DNA of 64,000 nucleotides from Rhodospirillaceae bacterium (GCA_018674495.1 JABHAA010000043.1:21615-85614), one strand, 5' to 3'. Counted from the stretch's first letter, positions 47,626 through 56,320 are shown. A program made the numbers and translations. The notes: generated by a model not told the origin, from the letters alone.

Positions 47626-48702
47626 ATGGCGATGGGTGAGATACTTGGTATCGGAACGACGCATTATCCAGGCCTGACCGGCACTGACGAGGGATTAAGC
47701 TCGGTCTGGCAGCGTATTATCAATGCCCCGCTGATCGGTGAAAAATGGAAAGACAAGGCCAACTGGCCCGCCGGCATGATCGACGAGATCGGCGACGATA
47801 TGGGCCTGGCCTCGGCCGCCGCCTACCGGGAGCGAATGTGGGACAACTTTCGCAAGCAGCGCAAAATGATCGACGAGTTTGATCCCGACTTTATCGTTAT
47901 CATCGCCGATGATCAGTATGAGAACTTCAAAGAAGACATCATCCCGCCGTTTTGCGTCTATGGCCTCGACGATGATTTCGAGCAAGAAGTCTGGGGCCAC
48001 GGCTTTGCCGCCACCAAGGACAATTACTGGGGCGAGCCCCACGATCTGAAGATGGACTTCCATGGCCACCGGGAGGGCGCCAAATATATCACCGCCGGAT
48101 TGCTGACGCGCGGCGTCGCCATGCCGTATGCCTACCGGTTGCTGCATTCGCCGATATTGGCGCACGGCTTCAATTACTCGGTGCTCTATCTCGATCTCGA
48201 CCGCCGGGGCTTCCCCTATCCGATCATTCCGCTGCATGTAAACTGTTATGGCTCATCGGTGATCACCGCCGGCGGCGCCTTCCAACACCTGTTCGAGAAG
48301 CCCGAGCAAAACGGCCTGCCCGATCCGCCCGGCCCTAACCCTGCCCTTTGTTACGAAGTCGGCGCCAATTTGGCCGAGGCTTTGGCGGAGAGCCCCTATC
48401 GTTCGGTGATCATGGCATCGTCGAGCTGGTCCCATTGTTTCTTGTCCACCAATACCGGCTACGTGATCCCGGATTTCGAAAGTGACCGCATGATGCTGGA
48501 AGCGCTGACCGACGGCGACTATGAAACCTGGCGCGGGCGCACAATGGAAGAGGTCGAGGCCGCCGGCCACCATGAATTGCTGAACTGGCATGTGCTGGCC
48601 GGCGCTATGGACAAGCTGGACCGCAAGCCGATGATCGCCGACTATGTAGAAACCTTCATCTTCCAGTCCGACAAATGCTTCGCCGCCTTCCCGCCCAATT
48701 GA
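47626..48702 (+). CDS. Class III extradiol ring-cleavage dioxygenase (LigB)-family protein
   Basis: 358 aa with ILGIGTTHYPGL and FDPDFIVIIADDQYENFKEDIIPPFCVY, which fit the LigB-family pattern. The assignment is by pattern recall only. Confidence 0.6.
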   Translation: MAMGEILGIGTTHYPGLTGTDEGLSSVWQRIINAPLIGEKWKDKANWPAGMIDEIGDDMGLASAAAYRERMWDNFRKQRKMIDEFDPDFIVIIADDQYENFKEDIIPPFCVYGLDDDFEQEVWGHGFAATKDNYWGEPHDLKMDFHGHREGAKYITAGLLTRGVAMPYAYRLLHSPILAHGFNYSVLYLDLDRRGFPYPIIPLHVNCYGSSVITAGGAFQHLFEKPEQNGLPDPPGPNPALCYEVGANLAEALAESPYRSVIMASSSWSHCFLSTNTGYVIPDFESDRMMLEALTDGDYETWRGRTMEEVEAAGHHELLNWHVLAGAMDKLDRKPMIADYVETFIFQSDKCFAAFPPN

Positions 48703-48789
48703 GCACACATAATTATGACTTTGCTGGCGGGCAAATCGGTTATAACGTTGTCGCAAGTTGGATGGCGTTAAACAGGGAATGAAAATCTT

Positions 48790-49200
48790 TTGGAAATCAT
48801 CGGCGATTCACTGAACGAACTTCCGTGGTTCCTGGCTTATTTGGCAACCGCGGTCGCGCTGACTTTGGTCTTTTGCGTCATCTACGCCTGGGTGACGCCC
48901 CATGCCGAGATCACGCTAATCCGGGAAAACAATCTGGCCGCGTCGTTGGCTTTCGCCGGCAGCCTGATTGGCTTTTGCATGCCGCTCGCCAGCGCCATCG
49001 CCAATTCCGCCGCCTTGGTGGATTTCGCCGTTTGGGGGGTGATCGCCATAATCGTGCAGATCGTAATTTTTTATCTGGTCCGCCTGCCCATACCCAAATT
49101 ATCGGAGCGCATCGAGAACGGCGAGGTGGCCAGCGGTCTGTGGCTTGGCGCCGCATCCCTGGCCGGTGGCATGCTCAACGCCGCCTCGATGACGAATTGA
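48790..49200 (+). CDS. DUF350 (YjfL-like) small membrane protein
   Basis: 136 aa with four hydrophobic segments and a TTG start. It is followed by DUF1190-like and GspS-like genes, as in the E. coli yjfLMC order. Confidence 0.7.
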   Translation: MEIIGDSLNELPWFLAYLATAVALTLVFCVIYAWVTPHAEITLIRENNLAASLAFAGSLIGFCMPLASAIANSAALVDFAVWGVIAIIVQIVIFYLVRLPIPKLSERIENGEVASGLWLGAASLAGGMLNAASMTN

Positions 49201-49253
49201 TCAAACACGGCCTGCCCTTGATTTAAGAGGCGCGCCGAATTTAAGGAAACATA

Positions 49254-49796
49254 ATGCCATATTTGAAATCAAAAGCCGGGACTTTGGTGATGGGCGTAAG
49301 CCTGTTCGCCCTCGCCGCCTGCGAGGAGCCCAAGGTTGAGGCCGCCATATTCGAAAACATTCAGCAATGCATTTCCAATGGCGATGCGAACCCGGAACAA
49401 TGCGAGCGAAACTTCCGTGAAGCCAAAAGCCAGCACGCCGCCGTCGCACCGAAATATGCAAACGAGGCCGATTGCCAGGCTGACTTCGGCGCCGGCAAAT
49501 GCGAAAAAGCACCTTATAGAACGGCGGGCGGCGGCTCGGTCTTCATGCCCTTGATGGCCGGCTACATGATGGGCTCCATGCTCTCAGGCAGGAGTTTCAT
49601 GTCGCCGCAGCCCTTGTACCGTTCGGCCTCCAGCCCCGGCACCTTCCGCACCGCCGACAATCGCAGCGCCGGCACCAGAACCGGGCGCACCCAGGTGGCG
49701 CGCACAGCCACGTCGCGCCCATCTGTCAAAACGGCAACCCGGTCGCGCGGCGGCTTCGGCTCATCCGGGCGGCGGTTCGGATCGGGCGCCACGTAA
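49254..49796 (+). CDS. DUF1190 (YjfM-like) lipoprotein
   Basis: It has a lipobox LFALAAC, Cys-containing segments (QQCISNGDANPEQCERNF, ADCQADFGAGKCE) and a Gly/Ser/Arg-rich tail. Confidence 0.7.
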   Translation: MPYLKSKAGTLVMGVSLFALAACEEPKVEAAIFENIQQCISNGDANPEQCERNFREAKSQHAAVAPKYANEADCQADFGAGKCEKAPYRTAGGGSVFMPLMAGYMMGSMLSGRSFMSPQPLYRSASSPGTFRTADNRSAGTRTGRTQVARTATSRPSVKTATRSRGGFGSSGRRFGSGAT

Positions 49797-49815
49797 TTCC
49801 GAAGCCTTAGAAATC

Positions 49816-50976
49816 ATGCAGCGCATTTCGGTTAGCGAACGGTCCGGCCTGGCCGCCGCAGCAGCTGAGCACGGTTTCGAATATGCCGCCAGCGAAGGCG
49901 TCACCGGCTGGGACGAAAGCGGCTACTACCAATTCACTATGGCCCAAATCCAAGATAATTTGGCGGCCCCGGCGGAAGAGCTGGAAGGCTTTTGCTTTGA
50001 ATTGGTCGAGCGCGCGGTCAATGACCAGGCGATCTTGGAGCGCTTAGGCATTGCCGAGCCGTTCTGGGACTATCTGGCCCAAAGCTGGCGGGATGGCGAT
50101 AAAAACCTCACTGGCAGGATGGATCTATCTTACGACGGCACCGGACCGGCGAAGCTTTTGGAATACAATGCCGACACGCCGACGGCGCTGTATGAGACGG
50201 CGGTGTTCCAATGGGAATGGCTGGAACAGGCCGCCGAAGAAGGATTGATCCCGGAAAATTGCGATCAGTTCAACGATGTCCATGAGGCCATTGTTCAGAG
50301 CTTTGCCGCGATGAGTATCGAAGGGATAGCCCACTTCGCCTGCAACACGGATATCGAAGACGATAAGGGCACCCTCGAATATCTGGAAGAGTGTGCCAAG
50401 GAGGCCGGGCTCAAGACGCACCTCTTGGCCATGAACGATATCGGCCTCGATGACTGGGGGAAATTCACCGACACCGAAGAGGATGTGATCACCACCTTGG
50501 TCAAATTGTATCCCTGGGAATGGATCATGGACGAGGAGTTTGGATTAAAAGTACCGGCCAGCCGCGTTCGCTTTATCGAGCCGCCATGGAAAGCCATCCT
50601 TTCCAACAAGGGCATGCTGGCACTGCTCTGGGAAATGTTCGAGGGGCACCCCAATCTTTTGCCGACCTTTTTCGAAGGCGATGCGGGCGCGGATGCACTG
50701 GCCGGCACCTATGTGCGCAAACCCTTGCTGGGGCGGCAAGGAGCGAATATTCAGATGTACCGGGACGGTGCATTGCAAGGCTCAAGCGATGGCCCCTATG
50801 GTGATGGCGGCCAAATCGTTCAGGGATGCGCACCCCTGCCCGATTGCGGCGGCAGATATCCGCTGCTCGGCCTTTGGCTGATCGCCAGCAAGGCCGCCGG
50901 ATTGTGTATCCGTGAAGGCCAGTCCTTGATCACCGGCCCCGATGCCCGAACGGTCCCGCACGTAATTCTGGATTGA
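49816..50976 (+). CDS. Glutathionylspermidine synthase-like ATP-grasp amide ligase (YjfC/YgiC family)
   Basis: 386 aa with GRMDLSYDGTGPAKLLEYNADTPTALYE, YPWEWI, PPWKAILSNKGMLALLWE and RKPLLGRQGANI. Confidence 0.85.
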   Translation: MQRISVSERSGLAAAAAEHGFEYAASEGVTGWDESGYYQFTMAQIQDNLAAPAEELEGFCFELVERAVNDQAILERLGIAEPFWDYLAQSWRDGDKNLTGRMDLSYDGTGPAKLLEYNADTPTALYETAVFQWEWLEQAAEEGLIPENCDQFNDVHEAIVQSFAAMSIEGIAHFACNTDIEDDKGTLEYLEECAKEAGLKTHLLAMNDIGLDDWGKFTDTEEDVITTLVKLYPWEWIMDEEFGLKVPASRVRFIEPPWKAILSNKGMLALLWEMFEGHPNLLPTFFEGDAGADALAGTYVRKPLLGRQGANIQMYRDGALQGSSDGPYGDGGQIVQGCAPLPDCGGRYPLLGLWLIASKAAGLCIREGQSLITGPDARTVPHVILD

Positions 50977-51059
50977 TGAAGCCGTTAAGTCCTTTTCCCA
51001 GGCTTGCCGACGGCATTCCCCAAGGCCATAATCACTTTCAATAAAAGGGAGGAACCGAT

Positions 51060-51980
51060 TTGCTCGATCCGGTCGAACTATTTCCGGAAGTGCCCAACAT
51101 CTATGCGTTTCCAAGCGTCCATGCCGACATGGTTTTCGACAAGTCCCGCGTCGCGGCCTATCGGGATGCGATCAATGAAACCGTCAAACCAGGGGATGTG
51201 GTTGCCGACCTCGGATCCGGAACCGGGCTCTTAAGCTTTCTCTGCCTCCAAGCTGGCGCGGCTCGTGTTCATGCCATAGAACGCAGCGACGTGATCGAAT
51301 GGTCGAAAGAACTGGCCGATAAAAACGGCTTTTCAGACCGCATGGAATTTCACAAGAAGGACGCCCGCGACGAAAGTCTGGAGCTCGGCGAAAAAGTCGA
51401 TGTCATCGTCAGCGAATTGATGGGGCATGTGGCCTTCGAAGAGGGTATGGCGGAAACCATTTGTGTCGCAAAGGAGCGATTTCTGAAACCAGGCGGTGCG
51501 ACTATCCCACAGACGGTGACCTTGCGGGCGGCACTTGTTCATGCGGATGAGCTTTATCGTAATTATATCGATTCATGGAACGTGGTCGAAGGCATCGATT
51601 ATTCGGCTATGCGGGAAAAAGCGGTTCAAAGCGCCTATGTTGTCGACATTCATGCCGACCAAATTTTATCCGACAGTCAGATTATTTCGGTCGAGGCGTT
51701 CTTGTCCAACCCACGAGATACCTACGACACATTCTCATTTACATCCTGGCGAACTGGCTCGATCAACGGCCTAGCGTTTTGGTTTGATGCCGACCTTACA
51801 GACCGAATTCGCTTGTCCAGCGGACCTAGGACCTACACCCATTGGCAGCAATGTTTTATACCATTTGAAAAACACATTAAAGTTTCAGCCAAACATAATA
51901 TTCAGGTTTTGATTGAAATGAAGTATCGCAAATCTTTTGATCAAAAATTCGAATTCAAAATTTCGAAAATTGATGCTTAA
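51060..51980 (+). CDS. Protein arginine N-methyltransferase (PRMT)-like class I SAM methyltransferase
   Basis: 306 aa with the PRMT signature set: HADMVFDKSRVAAYRDAI, motif I VADLGSGTGLLS, AIERS, double-E loop SELMGHVAFEEGM and THW loop YTHWQQCFIPF. It has a TTG start. Confidence 0.8.
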   Translation: MLDPVELFPEVPNIYAFPSVHADMVFDKSRVAAYRDAINETVKPGDVVADLGSGTGLLSFLCLQAGAARVHAIERSDVIEWSKELADKNGFSDRMEFHKKDARDESLELGEKVDVIVSELMGHVAFEEGMAETICVAKERFLKPGGATIPQTVTLRAALVHADELYRNYIDSWNVVEGIDYSAMREKAVQSAYVVDIHADQILSDSQIISVEAFLSNPRDTYDTFSFTSWRTGSINGLAFWFDADLTDRIRLSSGPRTYTHWQQCFIPFEKHIKVSAKHNIQVLIEMKYRKSFDQKFEFKISKIDA

Positions 51981-52015
51981 AAACGATCATTAAACTTCGT
52001 ATAGCTCTCAATAAT

Positions 52016-53722
52016 ATGAACCAAGAACCAGACATACCAATAAAAGAGGCCGAAGAGACTAAGGATCGTCGGACTCCTTCGGAGCCTGGACCCAACGATA
52101 CGGTTATAATGTTTGTGGATATTGCTGGCGCATCAGAAGTATCAAATCATATGTCCGTGGAAAAATATTACAAAAAATTTCTTAAAAAATTTAGCCAGCT
52201 ATTTATTCAAACGTGCAAGGAATTTTATAAGAATATACCTAAATCGATAATCGTCGATGAGGAGACGAAATGGTCTGCAAGAGGTGACGAAGGGATACTA
52301 TTTTTTTTCCCGGTCTATAAAGGTGAATGGAGCGATCAAGAGTATTATGAATCAAAAAACAGAGGACTCGCGACGTGCGTCGATACAGCGATCCACATAG
52401 GACTTGCCTTAAAGCGCAAGTGGCTTCTTTCAGAGGAAAATTCAGCTCGAATTGCCCAAGGAATAATGCCTATCGATTTGGGTGTCGGAATTCACGTTGG
52501 CAAAACTTGGATAACGATTGAAAACGGCGAATATCAACCTGAAGGCTATGCGATTAATCTTGGTAAGCGGGTGGAAAGCCATTCTCGGAACGGACGCTAT
52601 TCACGAATATTTGTCAGTGAGGCTGCGCATGCCGTGCTCGAATATCTGGCTGACGAAAGAACCTATACTTTCGACGAGGCAACATCGGTAGACGCAAAAG
52701 GATTTTCTCGAGAGGTTCGCGCGTTTGAAGTACAACATCATTTCCTCCCGACCGATTGGACAGACTATGTTTTATCTTTGGTAGATACGACACAACCATC
52801 TGACGGTATAGAACAAGATCAGCGCGACAAACGGACAAGACTTGCAAATCTATATACACCCGTTCCGACACAAAACGTCACGGAGGATGTCCAGTTTTCG
52901 ACAGATAAAGAGTTCGATAGGTATTTGAGCCTCACAAAGGAGGCGCGAGCGATAAACCCAACAAATATTTGGCTTTCTGAACAACTGATCAAGGCTGATA
53001 TGGTTTCAGACCTATACCATTTGGCCAAGATCAATGGAAAAGTGCGTGATCGATCAGATATTGAAAAGGACCTAGAAACTAAGTCAGAAATGGGAACCAA
53101 ATATCAAACTGCATTTGAAGTTGCTTCTTATCTTTCGCAGAGCGACTTGAGAGATGCTGGTGTTTTGATGATTCAGGGTCTTATAGAAGGTGAACGTCTC
53201 GATTTCGATGGAGAGCAACGTAGGTACAGGCGCGCACAAAATTTTTCAGATCAAATTGCTCGCTTGGCATGGTACAGGGGTTATTCATGCGCTCAGCAAG
53301 CCTACAACATATTTGATTGGGAAAAGGTCAATAAAGAGACCCGTGACATTACTAATAATTTCGACAGCCGCCAATTGGACTACTGCATTAAATTCGTGAG
53401 AGATGATATTGAGTTAATTGCCGACAAGGAGGCCCTCAAAATAAATCTTTGCGAATGGATAAAAAACGCCAGAGACTTTCTGACATCATCTGTGGAATTG
53501 TCCCCATTTTCGGCTTGGCCAAAGCAAGCATTGGGAATCGAACTTATTATGTGGACCAGCGACCAAACGGCAGAGGGGATGGAAGAGATAGAATATGGCA
53601 AAGAGCTAATTAAAGCTGCTTGTGAAATCTTGCCCGATGTAAAGCTGTTTCTAACCGAGCATAAATACATCGAAAAAATATCGGATGAGGAATGGGTTCA
53701 AGATATATTGTCCAATGAATAA
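52016..53722 (+). CDS. Divergent class III nucleotidyl cyclase-like domain fused to an approximately 320-aa helical domain of unknown family
   Basis: 568 aa. Segments that align to the cyclase homology domain are VIMFVDIAGASEVS, ARGDEGILFFF, GVGIHVGKTWI, GYAINLGKRVESHS, RIFVSEAAHAVL and KGFSREVRAFEV. This is the lowest-G+C gene of the window. Confidence 0.6.
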   Translation: MNQEPDIPIKEAEETKDRRTPSEPGPNDTVIMFVDIAGASEVSNHMSVEKYYKKFLKKFSQLFIQTCKEFYKNIPKSIIVDEETKWSARGDEGILFFFPVYKGEWSDQEYYESKNRGLATCVDTAIHIGLALKRKWLLSEENSARIAQGIMPIDLGVGIHVGKTWITIENGEYQPEGYAINLGKRVESHSRNGRYSRIFVSEAAHAVLEYLADERTYTFDEATSVDAKGFSREVRAFEVQHHFLPTDWTDYVLSLVDTTQPSDGIEQDQRDKRTRLANLYTPVPTQNVTEDVQFSTDKEFDRYLSLTKEARAINPTNIWLSEQLIKADMVSDLYHLAKINGKVRDRSDIEKDLETKSEMGTKYQTAFEVASYLSQSDLRDAGVLMIQGLIEGERLDFDGEQRRYRRAQNFSDQIARLAWYRGYSCAQQAYNIFDWEKVNKETRDITNNFDSRQLDYCIKFVRDDIELIADKEALKINLCEWIKNARDFLTSSVELSPFSAWPKQALGIELIMWTSDQTAEGMEEIEYGKELIKAACEILPDVKLFLTEHKYIEKISDEEWVQDILSNE

Positions 53723-54869
53723 ACTTCTTAGTCCAAACTTCATCTATGACGAACGCCAGCTAGAGCATTCTAATGCTCGCGTACTCGCCTTAGTATCTGA
53801 AAGCGGCTGCAAGGTCTTGTATTCCCCGAAGGCATGTACCGTTCCAGGCGTTTTGAAAAACCTCGCAAATCATATGGACGGATTCTCTTGCTCGTCATTA
53901 TTCGAAGTGCATCTGGTTCAGGAAGTGGTCAAGCATAGCGGTGCCATCCATTTGACTACGCCGGGCATTTTGGCATATCAAATCGATGAGATTATTGAGG
54001 CCTGTGACACCGTCGTTCTGAACAGCCTTTCCCAATGGCTTCGGTTTCGAGAAGAACTTAAAGGTACCGTCGATCTCGGTCTTCGCATCAATCCCCAATT
54101 ATCATTTGCCGAGGACCCCAGGTACGACCCTTGCCGAGAATATTCCAAATTGGGCGTACCGCTGGACCAGTTGGCAGACCAGTTCAGTAATTCGCCACAA
54201 ACATTTGTCGGACTAAACGGTCTCCATTTCCACAACAACTGTGATTCCACCGACCCGGCCGCGCTGGCGGCGACGGTCGATAAAATCATTGCCGCAATCC
54301 CAAGCCTCCTAAATCAAGTTAGTTGGATCAATCTTGGCGGTGGATATTTGCTCGATGAATTCGAGGAGCCTGATATATTTACAGGCACGGTCCAGCGCCT
54401 AACCACCGAATACGACCTAGATGTCATCATCGAGCCGGGCGCAGCATTGGTCCGAACCGCCGGCTCCATCGTTTCCTCCGTCATCGATTTGTTCGAAAGC
54501 GACGGCATTACCGTGGCGGTACTCGATACCACCGTGAACCATATGCCCGAAGTTCTTGAATACGAGTTTGTCCCGGATGTCCTGGGGCACGTGGACGGCG
54601 GTAAATATTCCTACCTGTTGGCCGGGTGTACCTGTCTCGCCGGAGACCAGTTTGGTATTTCATCCTTCGACGCGCCCATTGAAATCGGATCGACAATTAC
54701 CTTCCCCAACACGGGCGCCTATACCATCTCCCGCGCCAATACGTTTAATGGCGTGAATTTGCCATCGATTTACCGCCGGGATATGTCGGGCAATCTCATC
54801 CTTGAAAAAGAACATACGTTCGAAGAATTCGCGGCGCGGGCGGGGGTGGTTTCTAATGTTCGTGTCTGA
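53715..54869 (+). CDS. Carboxynorspermidine/carboxyspermidine decarboxylase (NspC/CANSDC) family PLP enzyme
   Basis: I moved the start to the ATG at 53715, which overlaps the upstream stop by 8 nt (ATGAATAA). Motifs are VLYSPKAC, VVLNSLSQWLRF, GLRINPQ, YDPCREYSKLG, GLHFHNNC, INLGGGY, IEPGAAL, LDTTVNHMPEVLEY, GCTCLAGD and NTFNGVNLPSIY. Confidence 0.85.
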   Translation: MNKLLSPNFIYDERQLEHSNARVLALVSESGCKVLYSPKACTVPGVLKNLANHMDGFSCSSLFEVHLVQEVVKHSGAIHLTTPGILAYQIDEIIEACDTVVLNSLSQWLRFREELKGTVDLGLRINPQLSFAEDPRYDPCREYSKLGVPLDQLADQFSNSPQTFVGLNGLHFHNNCDSTDPAALAATVDKIIAAIPSLLNQVSWINLGGGYLLDEFEEPDIFTGTVQRLTTEYDLDVIIEPGAALVRTAGSIVSSVIDLFESDGITVAVLDTTVNHMPEVLEYEFVPDVLGHVDGGKYSYLLAGCTCLAGDQFGISSFDAPIEIGSTITFPNTGAYTISRANTFNGVNLPSIYRRDMSGNLILEKEHTFEEFAARAGVVSNVRV

Positions 54870-56226
54870 ACAGAGTTTTTCTCTGCCCGCCCAGCAAGGC
54901 CAGAGCGATTTGATCGATTATTTCCGCCAGGCGTGCCGCTTTCGTTTGGACAAGGGGAGCGTTCCAATCCGTTTCGCGGTTACCGCCTCGGATGCCCAAG
55001 AATATAAGTGCGAAATTGGCGCGGCTGAAGACGTAAATTCGGCGACGGCTTTGAACGAAAATTCGATCTTTGATTTTCGCCGCCGCGAGACAGAAGACAC
55101 CAGCTCGTTCAACGCGGTCTTTCTGGTGCCAACGGGCATCGGCGCTGAAATCGGCGGGCATGCCGGCGATGCGACACCGGTGGCGCGTATGCTGGCGCAA
55201 TCCTGCGATGAATTGATTTTGCACCCCAACGCGGTAAATGCTTCCGATATAAATGAAGCACCGGAGAATTCCCTTTATCTGGAAGGCAGCGTCATCACCC
55301 GCCTGATGATGGGCAGCATTGGTCTGCAACGGGTGCGGTCGAACAGATTGCTCGTGGTCATTGATGGCGATCACGAAGATATATTTGTGAATGCCACGCT
55401 AAATTCGGTGGATGCCGCCAGGGCCTGTTATGGGGTTCATATCGTCGATGTGCTGAAAATGATTCCCCCCGTTCGCTTGGCCGGTGCGTTCTCGGAAGCG
55501 GGCCGCGCGGCTGGCACTGTCGAAAATTTAGACTACTTATTCGAAGTACTGGCGGAGCGGCGCCAGGACTATGATGCCGTCGCGATTGCATCCATCATTG
55601 ATATTCCAGATGGATCGGTGCTTGAGTATTTTGCCAGCGATGGCACGGAGGTAAATCCCTGGGGCGGCGTGGAAGCCATGCTGACCCATGCCATATCGGC
55701 GGAATATGATGTGCCGTCCGCACATGCGCCCATGATGGAAGGCCAAGATATTGCCAATGCCGATCTCGGTCAGGTTGATCCGCGCATGGCCGCCGAAGCT
55801 GTGTCCATGACATTCCTGAATTGTGTTATGAAGGGGCTTCAGAAAAGCCCTAAAATTATTTCGGATGCCAGCCTGTTTAATCGCCCGGAAATATTCACGG
55901 CTTCGAATGTTTCTTGTCTGGTGATCCCCGAGGGTTGCCTGGGTCTGCCAACCTTGGCCGCGTTGGAACAGGGAATTCCTGTCATTGCCGTAAAGGAAAA
56001 CCGCAACCTGATGCGCAACGAATTGGCCGCGCTACCATGGAAACCAGGCCAGTATTTTGAGGCCGAGAGCTATCTGGAGGCCTCCGGCGTTATAAACGCG
56101 CTGAAGGCCGGCATCGAGATAGGAACCCTAAGACGGCCACTCGGCCAAACAAAACCACAAATTGTGAGTAGAGAGCGTCAGGAAACGATCCCTCGCCCCG
56201 GCGACGGGAAAACCAATATCGGGTAG
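54856..56226 (+). CDS. DUF3326-like protein of unknown function
   Basis: I moved the start to the ATG at 54856, which overlaps the NspC-like gene by 14 nt. The motif VFLVPTGIGAEIGGHAGDATPVARMLA...LILHPNAVNAS matches my recollection of the DUF3326 family. There are no TM segments. Confidence 0.55.
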   Translation: MFVSEQSFSLPAQQGQSDLIDYFRQACRFRLDKGSVPIRFAVTASDAQEYKCEIGAAEDVNSATALNENSIFDFRRRETEDTSSFNAVFLVPTGIGAEIGGHAGDATPVARMLAQSCDELILHPNAVNASDINEAPENSLYLEGSVITRLMMGSIGLQRVRSNRLLVVIDGDHEDIFVNATLNSVDAARACYGVHIVDVLKMIPPVRLAGAFSEAGRAAGTVENLDYLFEVLAERRQDYDAVAIASIIDIPDGSVLEYFASDGTEVNPWGGVEAMLTHAISAEYDVPSAHAPMMEGQDIANADLGQVDPRMAAEAVSMTFLNCVMKGLQKSPKIISDASLFNRPEIFTASNVSCLVIPEGCLGLPTLAALEQGIPVIAVKENRNLMRNELAALPWKPGQYFEAESYLEASGVINALKAGIEIGTLRRPLGQTKPQIVSRERQETIPRPGDGKTNIG

Positions 56227-56249
56227 AGCCTCCTCGAAACCTCCTCACT

Positions 56250-56269
56250 AAATACAGAAAACTGTATTT
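56250..56269 (+). terminator. AT-rich hairpin after the DUF3326-like gene (possible operon end)
   Basis: AAATACAG-AAAA-CTGTATTT forms a perfect 8-bp stem 24 nt after the stop. The stem is weak and there is no long T run. Confidence 0.3.
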
Positions 56270-56320
56270 GCGAATATCGCCCAGCCCGACTACACTGGTG
56301 GCCAGGCAATGGAGGGGGAT

